This document shows positions 49,225 through 62,129 of a stretch of 64,000 nucleotides of DNA, one piece after another. The DNA comes from Takakia lepidozioides. Taxonomy: Eukaryota; Plantae; Bryophyta. The DNA lies in assembly GCA_030704615.1 (NCBI GenBank), contig CM060731.1, positions 29,078,001 to 29,142,000 on the forward strand. The letters are read 5' to 3'. Below the pieces are notes generated by a model, which worked only from the letters and a program-made list of their open reading frames with translations, searched no databases and had not been told where the DNA came from. Within the stretch, counting starts at the first letter, position 1. Each line of letters starts with the position of its first letter. Made by a program: the position numbers and the translations under genes.

Positions 49225-50489
49225 TCAACCAGCTAACTTGCAGAATTCAATATGAAAATTTAGGGCCGACTATGATAAGAGGGAAAAACAGGATGAAATG
49301 TGTTGAAGAAGGTGTCTTGATTAGCAGTGCCTGATTTTATCAATTGTGTCGCTGTTGCTGCGGCTTCTAGTTGACCATCTACCCATGCAGGTTTCTTGTA
49401 CCTATCCTTCCACAGGGAATCATAGGTAATCTGGAGCTTGCGTGATTTTATCAATTGTGCCGTTGTTGCTGCAGCTTCCAGTTGACCATCTACCCATGCA
49501 AGTTTCCTATCCTTCCAGAGGGAATCACAAGTAATCTGGAGCTTGCAATCCGACCCTCATGGATGAATCTAGACCCACACTCTATTCCTGCTCCTTCAGC
49601 TATCCATGCCTTTGCACAAATCATGCATACATCCTTGCCTTGTTGCAAGCAGCTGACAATGACAGCCTAGAATTGTTCCAGCAAACACCCCAACCCTACT
49701 TATCACACTAGTTCCTATGCTGGCTTGCGTCTACTTCCAGCATGTATCAAAAGCCTCCATCCCACACCCATGTTGCGCATAGAGAGGACTGCCCTTGAGA
49801 AAAACGTGTACAGCGACCCCCCATAGTAGCCTTTCTGGTCATTGCCCTAAACCAAACACCCCAACCCTACTTATTACAGTAGTTCCAATTCTGAATTACA
49901 TCCGCTTCTCTCTATAGTCCAACAGGCATTCACCTTTTTGTCTCCATTGTCCCACCATTGATTGGGTCGGAAAAGTGTTCATTCCAAAGCTTCTCCTCAT
50001 CTCTGTTATCTGTATTTGGATACTTTCCTGCTGCCACATCGGTAGTAACTTGTCAAAGTCATTCCAAACCACCACAGATCCACCCAACGAGCTAACTTAC
50101 AGAATTCAATATGCATCTTAGGGCCGAGTCTGATGAGAGGGCAAAACAGGCTGAAATAGGTCCAAGAAGAAGGTGCTCTCACCACATTGTCCTTGACCTT
50201 GTGTCATGACGCAGGGAGGATTTGACCGACCATCAACCCAAAAGGACCTCTGTATGTGCTGCTTGTGTCTATAGTCAGGAAATGTCAGATTGGTCTGTGA
50301 GAACCACCACGGTGCAGCTGAGCAGGCACAAATTGAAACATGGCATGCTAAGACCAAGCTGACTCTCCCAAGAACCTTGTAAACATCGGGAAGAATACCA
50401 AATCATGGTACTAACAAGAGCCTAGAGCCCACATTTACAGGATGGACAATCTTCTTCACATCCTACATTAGAAAAATCCACACCTTGCG
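49225..50489. repeat. Patchwork of local duplications, PPR scraps and the block shared with 2669-3340
   Basis: 49333-49440 matches 49443-49546; 49230-49315 matches 50090-50176; 49682-49715 matches 49853-49886; PPR-like 'aaagcctccatcccac' at about 49750. Confidence 0.75.
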
Positions 50490-51580
50490 AGCTCCTGCGG
50501 TGTACTCATAAGCTGTAAATGTCCTCTAGACTCGCTGCTATCTAGAGCGTTCACCCGTCCATCTCTGAGTCGTCTGATGATGGGCAGATGTGCGGTCAAG
50601 GGCTGTGATCTGCGATCGGTGTGTGAAACCCCTCCGCGCTCAAGCACAGGGGACATCATCATCTCTTCCCCGCCGCTGCAAGACACCGGTTAGTTTCGGG
50701 CATCTCGGGCAGATTCCAAAAACTTTGGCGACGATGACGTGGTGATGATGACGTGCAGGTGACGATGATGTGGCAATGATGACCTGGCAACAATGACGTG
50801 GCACTATGGCACCCTATATCTACTCTACGCTAAACTAGCTTCCGACCTTCCGTCGTCGCTATAATTTCTTTCCTCATTGCGGGAAGGTTTATTGGAACCA
50901 AATGCAAATCTTGCAAGAGCTCCGCATTCTGCGGTGAGTGAGCAAGCTCCGAACGGCTCTCTATGATGGATTGCCACCACACTCTGTTGTACTTCACATC
51001 TCAAAGCCTTCAGATCCTCGCGCCGCTGTCCTTGCGAATCAGCACTGTATCATGAAGCTTAACTCAAAACAATCATTAGCCAGTCCCCTTCCCGAAGATC
51101 ACATCCCAAGCCTCAGCCTGATCCCCTACCTCTAACGAACTATCCATATTCATCCCTTTAGAGAATATGATGCTCTGTACCTCTTGAGGTCTCTCATCAA
51201 CTTCTTAATACACAGCCGCCAAGAACTGACCCCTCCCTCAAGGCGCTTGATTATCCACAAGCCAATCACCTTGCCTCTACTTACGTCGAAGTTATGGCTG
51301 CCGACAAGCTCTGGCTCAACCCGCCATGCAGCCGTCACCAGCGCTAAATTCCCTCTTCCCCAAGCCCGCGCTTCTCGTCACCTTCCTCTCCTGTGAACCC
51401 ACTCCAAGCTCCCCATCTGCTTCACTCATCGTGCTCTCGGCGACGGTTCACTGCTTGCAGCTCCGTTTTCCTTCTTTCTCCAAACTTTGATGTTCTCCGA
51501 GTTCGCTGATGCTTCACTCTACGGGTTCTTGACTGCAGTTCACTAGCTGCTGCCTTTTATTTCTCCATCACTGATTTTCC

Positions 51581-52772
51581 TTGGCTGAGCAGGTCATTCT
51601 CCCCAACCCCTTCTCACCCGCCTTTTCTTTCCTTACCATGGGCCCAATTCTCAACAAGACTTTTGGCGCAGCTTCCGCAAGGTCAGGTCCTTCTCAGCTT
51701 GGCGACCCCAGGCTGATTCCATCAACAGGCACTGTTTTTTTCATGGCGCATCAGGCCCACTCCAAAAATCTGGCCCGCTATGATCCATCCCCCTCAGCTT
51801 TTCCTTTGGTGCCCACCTCGGTGAATGACTCATCAGGGCCCATCCTCCCAACAAGTGCAGAGATTCCGGATGCAGTGGAACTCAACAATTCTTCCCCCCC
51901 TAGTCACAACACTGACATCATGGAAGGATTCAATAAGGATATTGTTGCTCTTCAGTCTGCTATGAACAGAGATCACCCCATGGTAGATAATATTGAAGTC
52001 TCTCACCTTGATGGCACTGTGGCTGATTTTGAGAGCAAAGACATTCTGCTTCACTTTCCAGGCAAAAAAGTGAGCCCTGCCTTTGTGAGGGATTGGGCGA
52101 TCAGGCACTTGGGGGGTTCTATCTTCTCCACCACTTCTGCCAGTCTAGAGGGAGAGGCTTCTTCTCGATCTTGTTGGATTCTAAGGAGGCAGCAGACCGA
52201 GCCTTGGCATTTAATCCGCACTTGCATGGTTTCAATGTAAACATCTTTCCATGGTCAAAGGCTATGGGAAACCGTAAGCAAGATCTGGAGTCCAAGAATA
52301 CATCCCAGATCAATATCTCTTTTACTTGCCAAACATTGGTAACTTCTTTGGAGCATTCTTGGGGTGCATTGGTGTCTTCAATCCCTGCTCCAATATGGAG
52401 TCATTAAAAGACTACCCAGCTTGGAAAGGCAGTACCATTACATCTAGAATCAATGAGAATGGATTTCCAAGGATTGCAGTTATGATGCCAAACGACTCAG
52501 TGCACCCAGATTTCATCAAATTGCCAATAGACAACAAAGGGAACTTTTATTCAGTCAAGATGTCCGAGGATACATCATCATCGATTTGTTATTATTGTGG
52601 ACTATCTGGTCACCTAAAGGCCAACTGCCCGAAGGCCAAAAGGAAAAGGGACAATGCCAATCTAGGATCTGCGCAAGCATCCTTTCATCCCAGTTCAGGA
52701 CCTGTTTTTGGCACACATCAGCAGGGGCGTTTGAACCGCAACGCTGCGGAGTCCTCCAATTTTCCATCATAG
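51581..52772 (+). pseudogene. LINE ORF1 (gag-like, zinc knuckle), frameshifted
   Basis: GRGFFSILLDSKEAADRAL and CYYCGLSGHLKANC. Confidence 0.75.
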
Positions 52773-54413
52773 CCACGAGCCACAAGGACTGGCCCTACGT
52801 ACTAGCCATCGGGATGTTGTCTTCCAGGCCAAGGATTCCGCATGCGTCCAAATATCCTCCTCCCCTCCGGCAAAGAAAAGAAAGGAAATTCTGGACCCAA
52901 TGATTCTTGAAGCGTCCTCCAGATCTGTCAACAAGGCACCTGGAAATATAGGAGTAGGCAGTAAAAGGACGAACACCGCAGACATGAAAGGGAAAGCAGT
53001 AGCCTCCAATTTTGAAAACAGGATGTTCAAGCAGCTGGGCTCAGCTTTCACTCCCATCTAGCAAGCGTCTCCGATTGCCCACAACCCCGTTATTGCATCT
53101 GTCTGTAGCAAACTGCAATCTTTTCCCACTCTCTCCCTTAGAGGCTGCTCGCAGCTCACATCATCTGGAGAGCCCAATGCCACCTGTATAACACCCATGG
53201 TTTTTAGGAGAAAACCTAGACCCGCATTTCTCATCACATCAAGGGATGGAATGAACCTGGAATTGCTCTGGATCACACTTCTCGATGTCCATTCTTTCAT
53301 GTCCAAAACTCCCATGGATAGCAGCCCAATTCCCACCGTCTATGGCAAAATCCAAAACTACTTCAGCTCTAACCTGCCGTTTTATTCTCCTCCTTCTCAA
53401 GAAATCATCACTTGGGGCTCCTACCCAGAGGCTTTCCCTGGTTTAAGCCAATACTTGTCTCCCTCCACGCACATCCTAGCTCTAATGGACGAAAAGTTGC
53501 TTCTCAACAGTGAGTTCTCTCTGCCAGGAGTCTGCGCGGAGCCGCCTCATTTTAATGACCCCTGCACAATCAACAAGGCTCTCTCCAGAACAAAGGACGC
53601 CCTCCACAATGCTTTCACCATTCTCCACGCCATCCTGGAAATTGAGGGGCTACCAAAACGAGGAGATCGAGAGGCTACGCATCGAAGAAGCTTCCATGTC
53701 AGGCTTCAATCCGCTTTACAACTACAATCCAATGGGAGCTATCTCAACATCGAGCTCCTCCGACCTGCAGCGGATGCCTCAGATGCTCCCCCATGCAGTT
53801 CAGTCTCTTCACCATCCGGCGGCCTCCCATCTCCCAATCCACATGCCGCTACCATCACCTACTCCAAACACTGCACCCCAACTCTCCTCACCAATCCTTG
53901 TAAGTCCCTCATTCTTAGCCCCCCCGATTCCATTTATCATTTTCTATGTTGTTGCGAATTGCCCCCGGAAATGCAGAATTCTTTGTCTCCAGCCCCAATT
54001 TACCTGCCCAGCAAACTGGAAACTCCTCCCATCCATTTCCATTTCCGAGCCCACTCAAGATGAATTCTCAATTTACTTGGGGTCAAGACCGCTTCCATCA
54101 GACATCCCTTCTTCACTCAAACAGATACTCCTCTCTGACTTCTTCATGTAGCTCTCCTCCAGACCAGCCTCTATTCGTTTAAGATCTCTCAACTGTTAAC
54201 GATTCTTACCCATTAACTCAGTTGGTGAATCTTTCCCTCACGAACATAGAACCCCAGTCTTATTAATAGAGCTTAGAAAACCGGTTAAGCCTGCCCCCCT
54301 TAATCACTTCTGGGCCACCTCCCTCCCCCCTCTTGACAAACGAACCAGATTCCGCTTCATTCTATCCAGGCCATCATTTGAGACACTTCCTCTCAGCCTG
54401 CCACCCTCACAAG

Positions 54414-55730
54414 ATGCAGGTTAGTCTTTCTTCCTGGAACATTAGGGGTCTAGGCTCGGACAGGATGGCTAATAAGAAAATAAAGCTCTCCATCTGGCTT
54501 ACACCCCTTATATCCTCACAAGCTATTGTTTTTCTTCAAGAACATAAGCTCTGTGCCAGGAAAATTCAAAGCCTCACAGATCAAATCTGGCCAAAGACAG
54601 CAGCTCTTTGGAAACCCTCTAGTGATGGCACAAAAGGAGGTACTACTATCCTTCTATCCCCTTCCCTAACACAATTCATTCTCAAGGATGAGATCTAGGA
54701 CCCGGGAAGAGTTCAATTTTGCTCCCTGCTCTTCCCCAATGATCCCGAGCCCACGGGCTTCATTAACATTTATGCACCTAACTCTGCCTCAGACAGATCG
54801 GCTCTTTGGTTCAAACTCAATGACAAGATGGCTGTAGAACCAGCAATCCACAAAATTTGGGTTTTGGCTGGGGACTTCAATATGGTGGAAAACTTAGAAG
54901 AAGAAAAGGTCAGTGTGCGCAAGGTTCCCAAAACTCCCACCACCTTTCAGCTGATGAGGACTTGGCATGGAAAAGCCTTACTCAAAACCATAGCCTTACT
55001 GAAATAGATAGGCCCCCGCATCGTGCCTCCTCCACAAGCCCATTCTTCACTTGGACAAATAATAGAACAATTCTCGACCTTTGTATGGCCAGGCTGGATC
55101 GTTTTTATATATCGCTCGCTCTGGCCCACTTTGCACTTCAAAACCACCAAGAACCAATCACCAAGGTTTTGACCATGCTTTGATCTCTGCTACACTCAAG
55201 CTTCCTAATTCCCACCCGAGAGGGAGAGGCATCCATAAGCTTAACTCCTCTCACCTTTGTATCCCCTTCTTCCTCGAGGCAATCAAGAAAGCGTGGACCT
55301 CTGCTGGGCTTCACCTTGTCTGTCCCATCCTCAAATTTCAAGCCAAACTGACAGCTGCCAGCAAAGTCAGTCAAAACCTCAGCAGACATATCACTGCCTC
55401 CCAGAAGAGAAAAGCTCAAGCTCTTAAAAAATGCCTGAGTGTTTGTCAGAAAAAATTGGAGTCCAGATCCTGTGACAACCATACCTACCAAACTTACCTG
55501 GAAGCACGCATTAACCTTGAGAACTATTACCTCCTCCAGGAATCCAAAATCAAGATGCAAGCAGGAATCAATTGGTCAACTAAGGGAGAAAAGATGTCTA
55601 AATATTTTTTCCAAAAAATGAAACTCCGTCGAGCCGCTCACACCGTAGCTGATTTGTACAATTCTGCTGGTGTCAAAACGACCAACCCCAAAGAAATGAC
55701 AGCTGCAGCCTTTACCCATTTCGAGACTTT
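54414..55730 (+). pseudogene. LINE ORF2 endonuclease and linker
   Basis: APE motifs, with stops and frameshifts. Confidence 0.88.
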
Positions 55731-56300
55731 GTTGCAGTTGGAATGGCTTAGAGAGGTAACCATTGAGGAGAACTTGGCTGCTGGCCCCCCTTAGGAGGAT
55801 AGTCACCCATTGACAGAAGCCCTCAGACAACCCTGCTTTACGAAGAACCGTTATCAGGAACGTCCAGTCTACTCTATCGAAGGCTTTCTCAAAGTCAAGA
55901 AGCCACAGAGCCAAGGCTTGGTTCGAATTTGTGGCATAAAAATCGGCTTCTTCGGCCAGTAAAACATTGTCTAGGATGTACCTCCCTTTAATGAATCCAG
56001 CCTGCCCTATTCTGATCATAGCATGGAGTAGAGGTTGGATGCGCAGGGCAAGGGCCTTGGCAATTAGCTTGTAGGCCACATTGAGCAGGGTTATGGGTCT
56101 ATAGTTTCCTATGTTAGACCTATCTCCTTTCTTAAAAAGCAGCGTTATGACACCCTGTGTCATAAAAGCAGGCATGTGGTCTACATATTTGATACCATTG
56201 GCCATATCACAAAAGTCCTTGGACATAGTGGACCATAGTGCCTTGAAGAACTCCACCGGCATTCCGTCTATCCCAGGTGATTGTTGTTGTTCATAAGCTT
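55725..56300 (-). pseudogene. LINE reverse transcriptase N-terminal half, inverted relative to the element
   Basis: SPG.DGMPVEFF, NYRPITLLNVAYKLIAK, QAGFIKGR.I.DN and LDFEKAFDRVDW on the minus strand. Confidence 0.92.
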
Positions 56301-56308
56301 AAGCGGGG

Positions 56309-57027
56309 TGTCGCGCACCTCACTTCGGTAAGCTCCCCTTCAAGTCATAGTTACTCGCTTTGATGCGCGCGCCTAACTCCCAAAGTGGCCGTCGGGCCAA
56401 CTCGGAGCTTCAACTGCTCACCGGGATATAACGATCCCCCTTGGCTCCTCCACTTGACCTTCGCTCACTCTGGGCCTAGTGGAAATTCCCTTTGGTTGTT
56501 GGCAGTCCGGAACAGCTCCCCATACCTTGGTCGCTTTCCGGCTCGCACGCTTACTCACTAGTTTTTGGTCACCAACGGGCTTGCACCGTTCTTACTACTC
56601 CCTATATGTACTTCTGTGACTATCCGCGGGGGTTTCACAAACAACACCGTCCTTTTTTGGCGAACCACCACGAAGACCCTCGATTCTCGGTGGTGAGTCG
56701 CGGTGAGTCTTGGCCCACCCACCACGGCCCCATTGGACTGCGATGAGTCCCAAGATTCCCCACGACTCCCACCACAAGGTCTGCGCCCCATAGTGAGTCC
56801 TATGCCACCCCCACTAAGTCCCACTAAGCTACCACCACCCCTCGTGGAACCACCCCCACCGCAACCCGGTGTGCGGGGCTCCACCTAGTGAGCGCCTCCA
56901 TCTCCTTGAGTGCCTTGGGCACTCAAAGGTGCTTCAGCCCCCGTATCTATTGTTGCCACTGCCCCCACCACAGGGGCAACCCCTTTTGTGTCCCGACCCC
57001 CTGCTCTCAAGGCAAAGGGCCGCGACA
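56309..57027. mobile_element. Solo LTR (719 bp)
   Basis: TGTCGCG...CGCGACA termini, flanked by near-TSD cgggg/tgggg. LINE ORF2 resumes immediately afterwards. Confidence 0.8.
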
Positions 57028-57735
57028 TGGGGGCCAAACTCAAAGACTCTCAATGAAGTAAAAAGAATTGTCAGGAACTTCATCTGGGGAGCAAGCTCAT
57101 CTGAGCAAAACATGAGACCCCAAGTCTCTTGGCACCAAATATGTCTCCCCAAAAAACAAGGGGGCCGCCCTAGGCTAGGACTTTTGGATCCTGAAACTCA
57201 AATCAAAGCCTTACTTGGTAAATGGCTTCAAAGATATGTTGGACCAGAAGGTGGCTGGTGTCAAGGACAAGAACATGACAGAACACAAACAAGAGATAAG
57301 ACTAGAGGTACAAAACTAGACAAGAAGTCAAGGTCGGCATGGCCGAATGCATGGTAGGTGAACATGAATCAAGATGATCTTTATAACAATGGACAAGAGT
57401 ACAAAATACTGGAACTCGACTCGGATATTGGAATGCTAGAAACTGGACTAGAATACCAGATACTGGAAACTGGACTGGATACTGGAAGCTGGACTGGAGC
57501 ACTGGACTTGGAACAAAAGTAGCTTGAACTTGTGTTGGCGAGACTAAGTGTCCAGTCTCGCCTCCTATATATACTGGCTATAAGAAGCTTCCCCAAGAAG
57601 CTTCCCTTATGGAGGTTTCTTGCTGGAGAAGTTTCCAAGATTAAACAAAAGTTTCTTGATGGAGAAGCTTCCTTAAACAAATGAGGTATCTTGATGGAGA
57701 AGTTTCCTCCAAAGGAAGCTTCCTGAGTAGTTTCC

Positions 57736-59330
57736 GTCCCGAACATCTTCAAGGAAAACCAGATGCTCTTTCTCGACGATCGTATATTGCGCCAAAAGAA
57801 GGGGATGCAACTTTTGACCAACAAAAATCCATGATCCTGAAACCAACAAATCTCCAATTGAATATGTTATCCATGTCCACCTATGACGATGCAGAGATCA
57901 TAAAGGAGATTCAGGAAGCACTGAACAGCGACCATTTTGCTACGACACTACGAAGTCAACTAAATCAACCTCGAGACAACCCACATGTTACAAACGACTT
58001 CGAATTCAAAGATGGCTTACTTTACTTCAAGGGACTTCTCTATGTACCTCCAGGACCTACACGACTTCAAATTCTTCAAACATGTTATGATCTTCCGGCT
58101 GCAGGACATTTCGGCTTCAACAAAACATTGGAATTGATATCCAGGGACTATTGGTGGCCGCAGATGTGGAAACTCGTGAAAGAATTTATAAAATCTTGTG
58201 ACACGTGTGCTAGAGCGAAGGGACCACGACATCGACCTTACGGCCTTCTTCAACCATTACCCATTCCCAAGGGTCCATGGTCGTCCGTGTCTATGGACTT
58301 TATTATGGACCTTCCAATTTCCAAGACCACCGATTCAATCCTTGTTATTGTAGATCATTTTACGAAGATGGCACATTTCATTCCATGTAATAAGACGGTT
58401 ACCGGCAAGGAAACTGCAAGACTCTTCCTCAATAATATCTACCGCATTCATGGACTCCCGAAGGATATCGTATCTGATCGAGGACCACAGTTCATATCAA
58501 ATTTCTGGAGGGGATTATTTCACATATTGGATACTAAGATCAACCTCTCTACAGCTAATCATCCACAGACTGATGGTCAAACTGAACGTGTAAACCAGAT
58601 TTTGGAGCAGTATCTTCGCTGTACGATGAATTATCACCAAAATAATTGGACGGACCTTCTGTCATTGGCTGAGTTTGACTACAACAACACTATACATTCT
58701 TTGACCAAGCAAACTCCATTTTTCTCTAATTATGGTCATCATCCTCGAGCAAACCCTTTCCACATGAAAACTGTTGGAAGCCCTGCTGCAGAAAACCTTG
58801 CTACTCATCTTGCTACGATTCACAAGGAGCTTACATCTCACCTCGCAGAAGCTCAAAAACAATACAATGAGTATGCAGATCAACGTCGTCAACTCCAACC
58901 CCAGTTCAAGGTCGGAGATCGTGTGTGGCTTCTTCGACGAGACATACAAACATCGCGACCATCAAAGAAGTTGGATTATCAACGCCTGGGACCATTCAAA
59001 ATTATTCGACAAATAAATCCGGTCAATTTTCGGCTTGAACTCCCACGAAGTATGCGCATCCATCCAGTCTTTCATGTTTCACTATTGGAGTTGTATCATC
59101 CATCGAATATTCCAGGGAGAGTTTCCGTACCACCTCCACCAATCGAAGTCAATCAGGAAATTGAGTATGAAGTCGATGAAGTCTTAGACTCTCGCATCAA
59201 AGTATAAACGTCTTGAGTATTTCGTACATTGGAAAAGCTACGACATCAGCAACCGAACGTATGAACCTTCATCCAACCTTGCCAATGCCTCTGACAAAGT
59301 CCATCAACGATATCCAGCTAAGCCCCGAGC
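57736..59330 (+). pseudogene. Chromovirus integrase with GPF motif and chromodomain (inside the inverted segment)
   Basis: GHFG, SMDFI, IVSDRGPQF, HPQTDGQTERVNQ, LGPFKI, HPVFHVSLL, EYEVDEVLDSR..YFVHWKSY..YEP. Confidence 0.95.
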
Positions 59331-59489
59331 TACACGTCAATGAGACGTCACAACGATGATGTCAGCCAAGCTAGTTTCAAGGAGAAGACTCTATATTCAA
59401 TGTACATGATACATGCTAAGGAAGGAAGAGCACCACATATCAGTATATATAGCTACACTTCCAGCACTCTTGCATCTTGTATTGGCAAC

Positions 59490-59891
59490 ATGGAGTCACA
59501 AGAACCAGATACATTGGAGTTGTCGCTTACCCAACTACCAGATCAGCCGTTCCGACTCTCACGACCTTCAATATCACGCCGACGCTCTCGAGACGATGGG
59601 CCACCAATGCGACGCGTACTTCCTCGTCTGGACTCCGTACGACGGCAAGTGGAGCCTACTCGAAGTCTGATAATTCTGTTGGAGATTGAGGCTTCGGACC
59701 CAGAGGGCAACGAAATCATGTTTGAAGGCAGCTTCGAAAATCAGAATGCTCAAATTACTGCGTGGTCCCAAGTTCAAGGTGTTGGACACTATCGATGGTT
59801 ACAGGGACCTATAAATCATTTGAGTCAAGAACAAAGAGCCGAATACTTGGCAAGTATCATTCGTCGGATTTTGGATTTTCTCCAACTCTAA
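59490..59891 (+). CDS. Additional 133-aa ORF of unknown function between the chromodomain and the PPT
   Basis: Uninterrupted ATG-TAA ORF in the element's sense orientation. A TATA-like 'tatatatag' lies at about 59444 and the PPT 'agaggagggg' at about 59933. Confidence 0.5.
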   Translation: MESQEPDTLELSLTQLPDQPFRLSRPSISRRRSRDDGPPMRRVLPRLDSVRRQVEPTRSLIILLEIEASDPEGNEIMFEGSFENQNAQITAWSQVQGVGHYRWLQGPINHLSQEQRAEYLASIIRRILDFLQL

Positions 59892-60127
59892 GCAAGTCCA
59901 AGATTTTACCGCTCCTCGAGGAACTCGGCGCTAGAGGAGGGGTGATGTCAAGGACATAGCCCAGAAGAACTTACCAGGAGTAAATACCAGAAGTTATCAA
60001 GTTACCATGTTACCGAAAGTTACCATGTTACCGAAAGTTACCATGACTTACCGTAATTTATCATGATCTACCATGATTTACCATTACTTACCAAGTTACC
60101 GGGAGCTACCAAATTACCAAGAATAAC

Positions 60128-62129
60128 AAAATCAAACCTTGCTAGTGACATACTCCATTTTGCCTGACGTCGATTCAAAACACGAGCACTCATAAAATAT
60201 TCGAGGTTTTTGTGATCGGTATAGACAGTGACATGATGTTTAGCTCCCTCCAATAGATGTCGCCACTCCTCAAAATCATCGATAATCGCTAGAAGTGCTT
60301 TGTCATGTATTTCATAATTGATCTCCGCAGCGGAAATTTTGCGAGAACGAAAACCAACAGGGTGGAGTCGGCCATCTGTACCGTATTGAGAGAGTATCGC
60401 GCCAAGTGCAAAGTCCGATGCATCTGCTTCTAAGGAGAGTGGTTTAGATGGGTCTACATGTACCAGTATGGGAGCCGTTGTAAATGTCTGCTTCAGTCTT
60501 TCAAATGCCTGGTTAGCCTTCTCGTCCCATACAAATTTGTCTTTCCCTGTAAGTCGTGTCAATGGTGCAACAATTTTGGAGTAGTCATCGATGAAGATTC
60601 TATAGAAATTTGCAAAACCCAGAAAACATTGTACATCTCGGACCGAAGTTGGTTTAATCCACTCGATGATGGTCTGTATTTTCTTCTGATCCATAAAGAC
60701 GCCTTTGTCGGAAATAATGTAGCCTAGAAATTCGACCTCAGATTGATGAAAAAGACATTTCTCCAACTTGACATATAGTCGTTTTTTTCTTAATTTATCA
60801 AGGACTAGGCGTACATGGCGGCCATGTTCTTCTTCATTATGTGAAAATATCAAAATGTCGTCCAAATAGATGACTACAAGGTTATCTAAAAATTCTCGAA
60901 AGATGTCATTCATCATATGTTGGAAAATTGCTGGAGCATTTGTAAGACCGAAAGGCATAACACTGTATTCAAAATGTCCATATCTTGTTCGAAAAGTTGT
61001 TTTCCATTCGTCTCCTTCTTTTATCCGTACAAGGTTATAAGCTCATCTCAAGTCGATTTTGGTGAAAATCTTCGCTCGTCCTAGCTGGTCGAGAAGCCCA
61101 GAAATCAGCGGCAACGGATAATGATTCTTGATTGTGACTTTGTTGAGACCGCGATAGTCGACACACAATGCGTAATGATCCGTCCTTCTTTTTCACAAAC
61201 AAGATAGGCGCCCCCGCGGGTGATTTTGAATGTCGGATGAAGTACTTTGACAAATTTTCATCAATGTATTCATGTAATGCAGCCAACTCCGTCTGGGATA
61301 AGTTATAGATTGGGCCGAATGGTGGTTGGGCTCCTTCTTGTAACTCAATTTCACAGTCATAAGGTCGATGTTCTAGCAATATGTCTGCATTTTTCTTCTC
61401 GAAGACATCTTTGAAATCTTGATATTGAGCGGGTAATGTTGAAGTACCTTTGTCTGTTGTGGTATTGATCGGAGTCGCATAAAGTGCAAATGTCGCCTCC
61501 TTTTTTGTAGCTCTCATGAAAGCTTTAGCTCCAAGGAATAGGGGTTGAATACCTTTGTTATTTCTACATTTTTGTCTTATAGAAATTTTTCGCGATCGCC
61601 AATCGATGTTGGGATTGTGAAGTACGAACCAGAGAAGTCCAAGGATCACAAGATTCGTTGGAGACTGGATGCCATTGAAAATAATATGTGATGCTTGATC
61701 TTTAAGTTTTACTTCAAGTGGTCGAGTTTCATGGTCCACATTTCCTGATGCTAATGGTCGTCCATCGATGACTTCAACGGGGGCCGATAGTTTCTTCTTT
61801 ACGAGCGTTAAATTGTTTTGCTTCGCAAAGTTTTTGTCCATAAAACAAGTTGAAGCTCCTGAGTCCAAAAGTGCTTCTACAGTGATATCTCGATTTTGCA
61901 CTCTGATTTTTATCGGAACTGTGAAGTAAGGTGCAGGGTCTGGAGATAGAAAGAGATTTTTTTTCGGTAAGGAATTTGTGGTGTCCAGCCGCATGGTCCC
62001 TACTGTGACTGGACATCTTCGTTTTCCGACCTCCTCGTATCGAACACTTGAGTTGTGCCCCGAACTTTGAATCTGCTCTTGTTGGGGCAGTTTAATGCTA
62101 TGTGATCTTCTTCTCCACAATAGAGGCAT
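60128..62129 (-). pseudogene. Chromovirus protease-RT-RNase H
   Basis: [65 protein letters not shown]; frameshift at about 61165. Confidence 0.95.

Noticed and set aside
53197-54151. Independent genes (288 and 213 aa ORFs)
   Set aside because: They lie between the LINE ORF1 knuckle and ORF2 and are probably the frameshifted low-complexity tail of ORF1. No separate domain was recognised.
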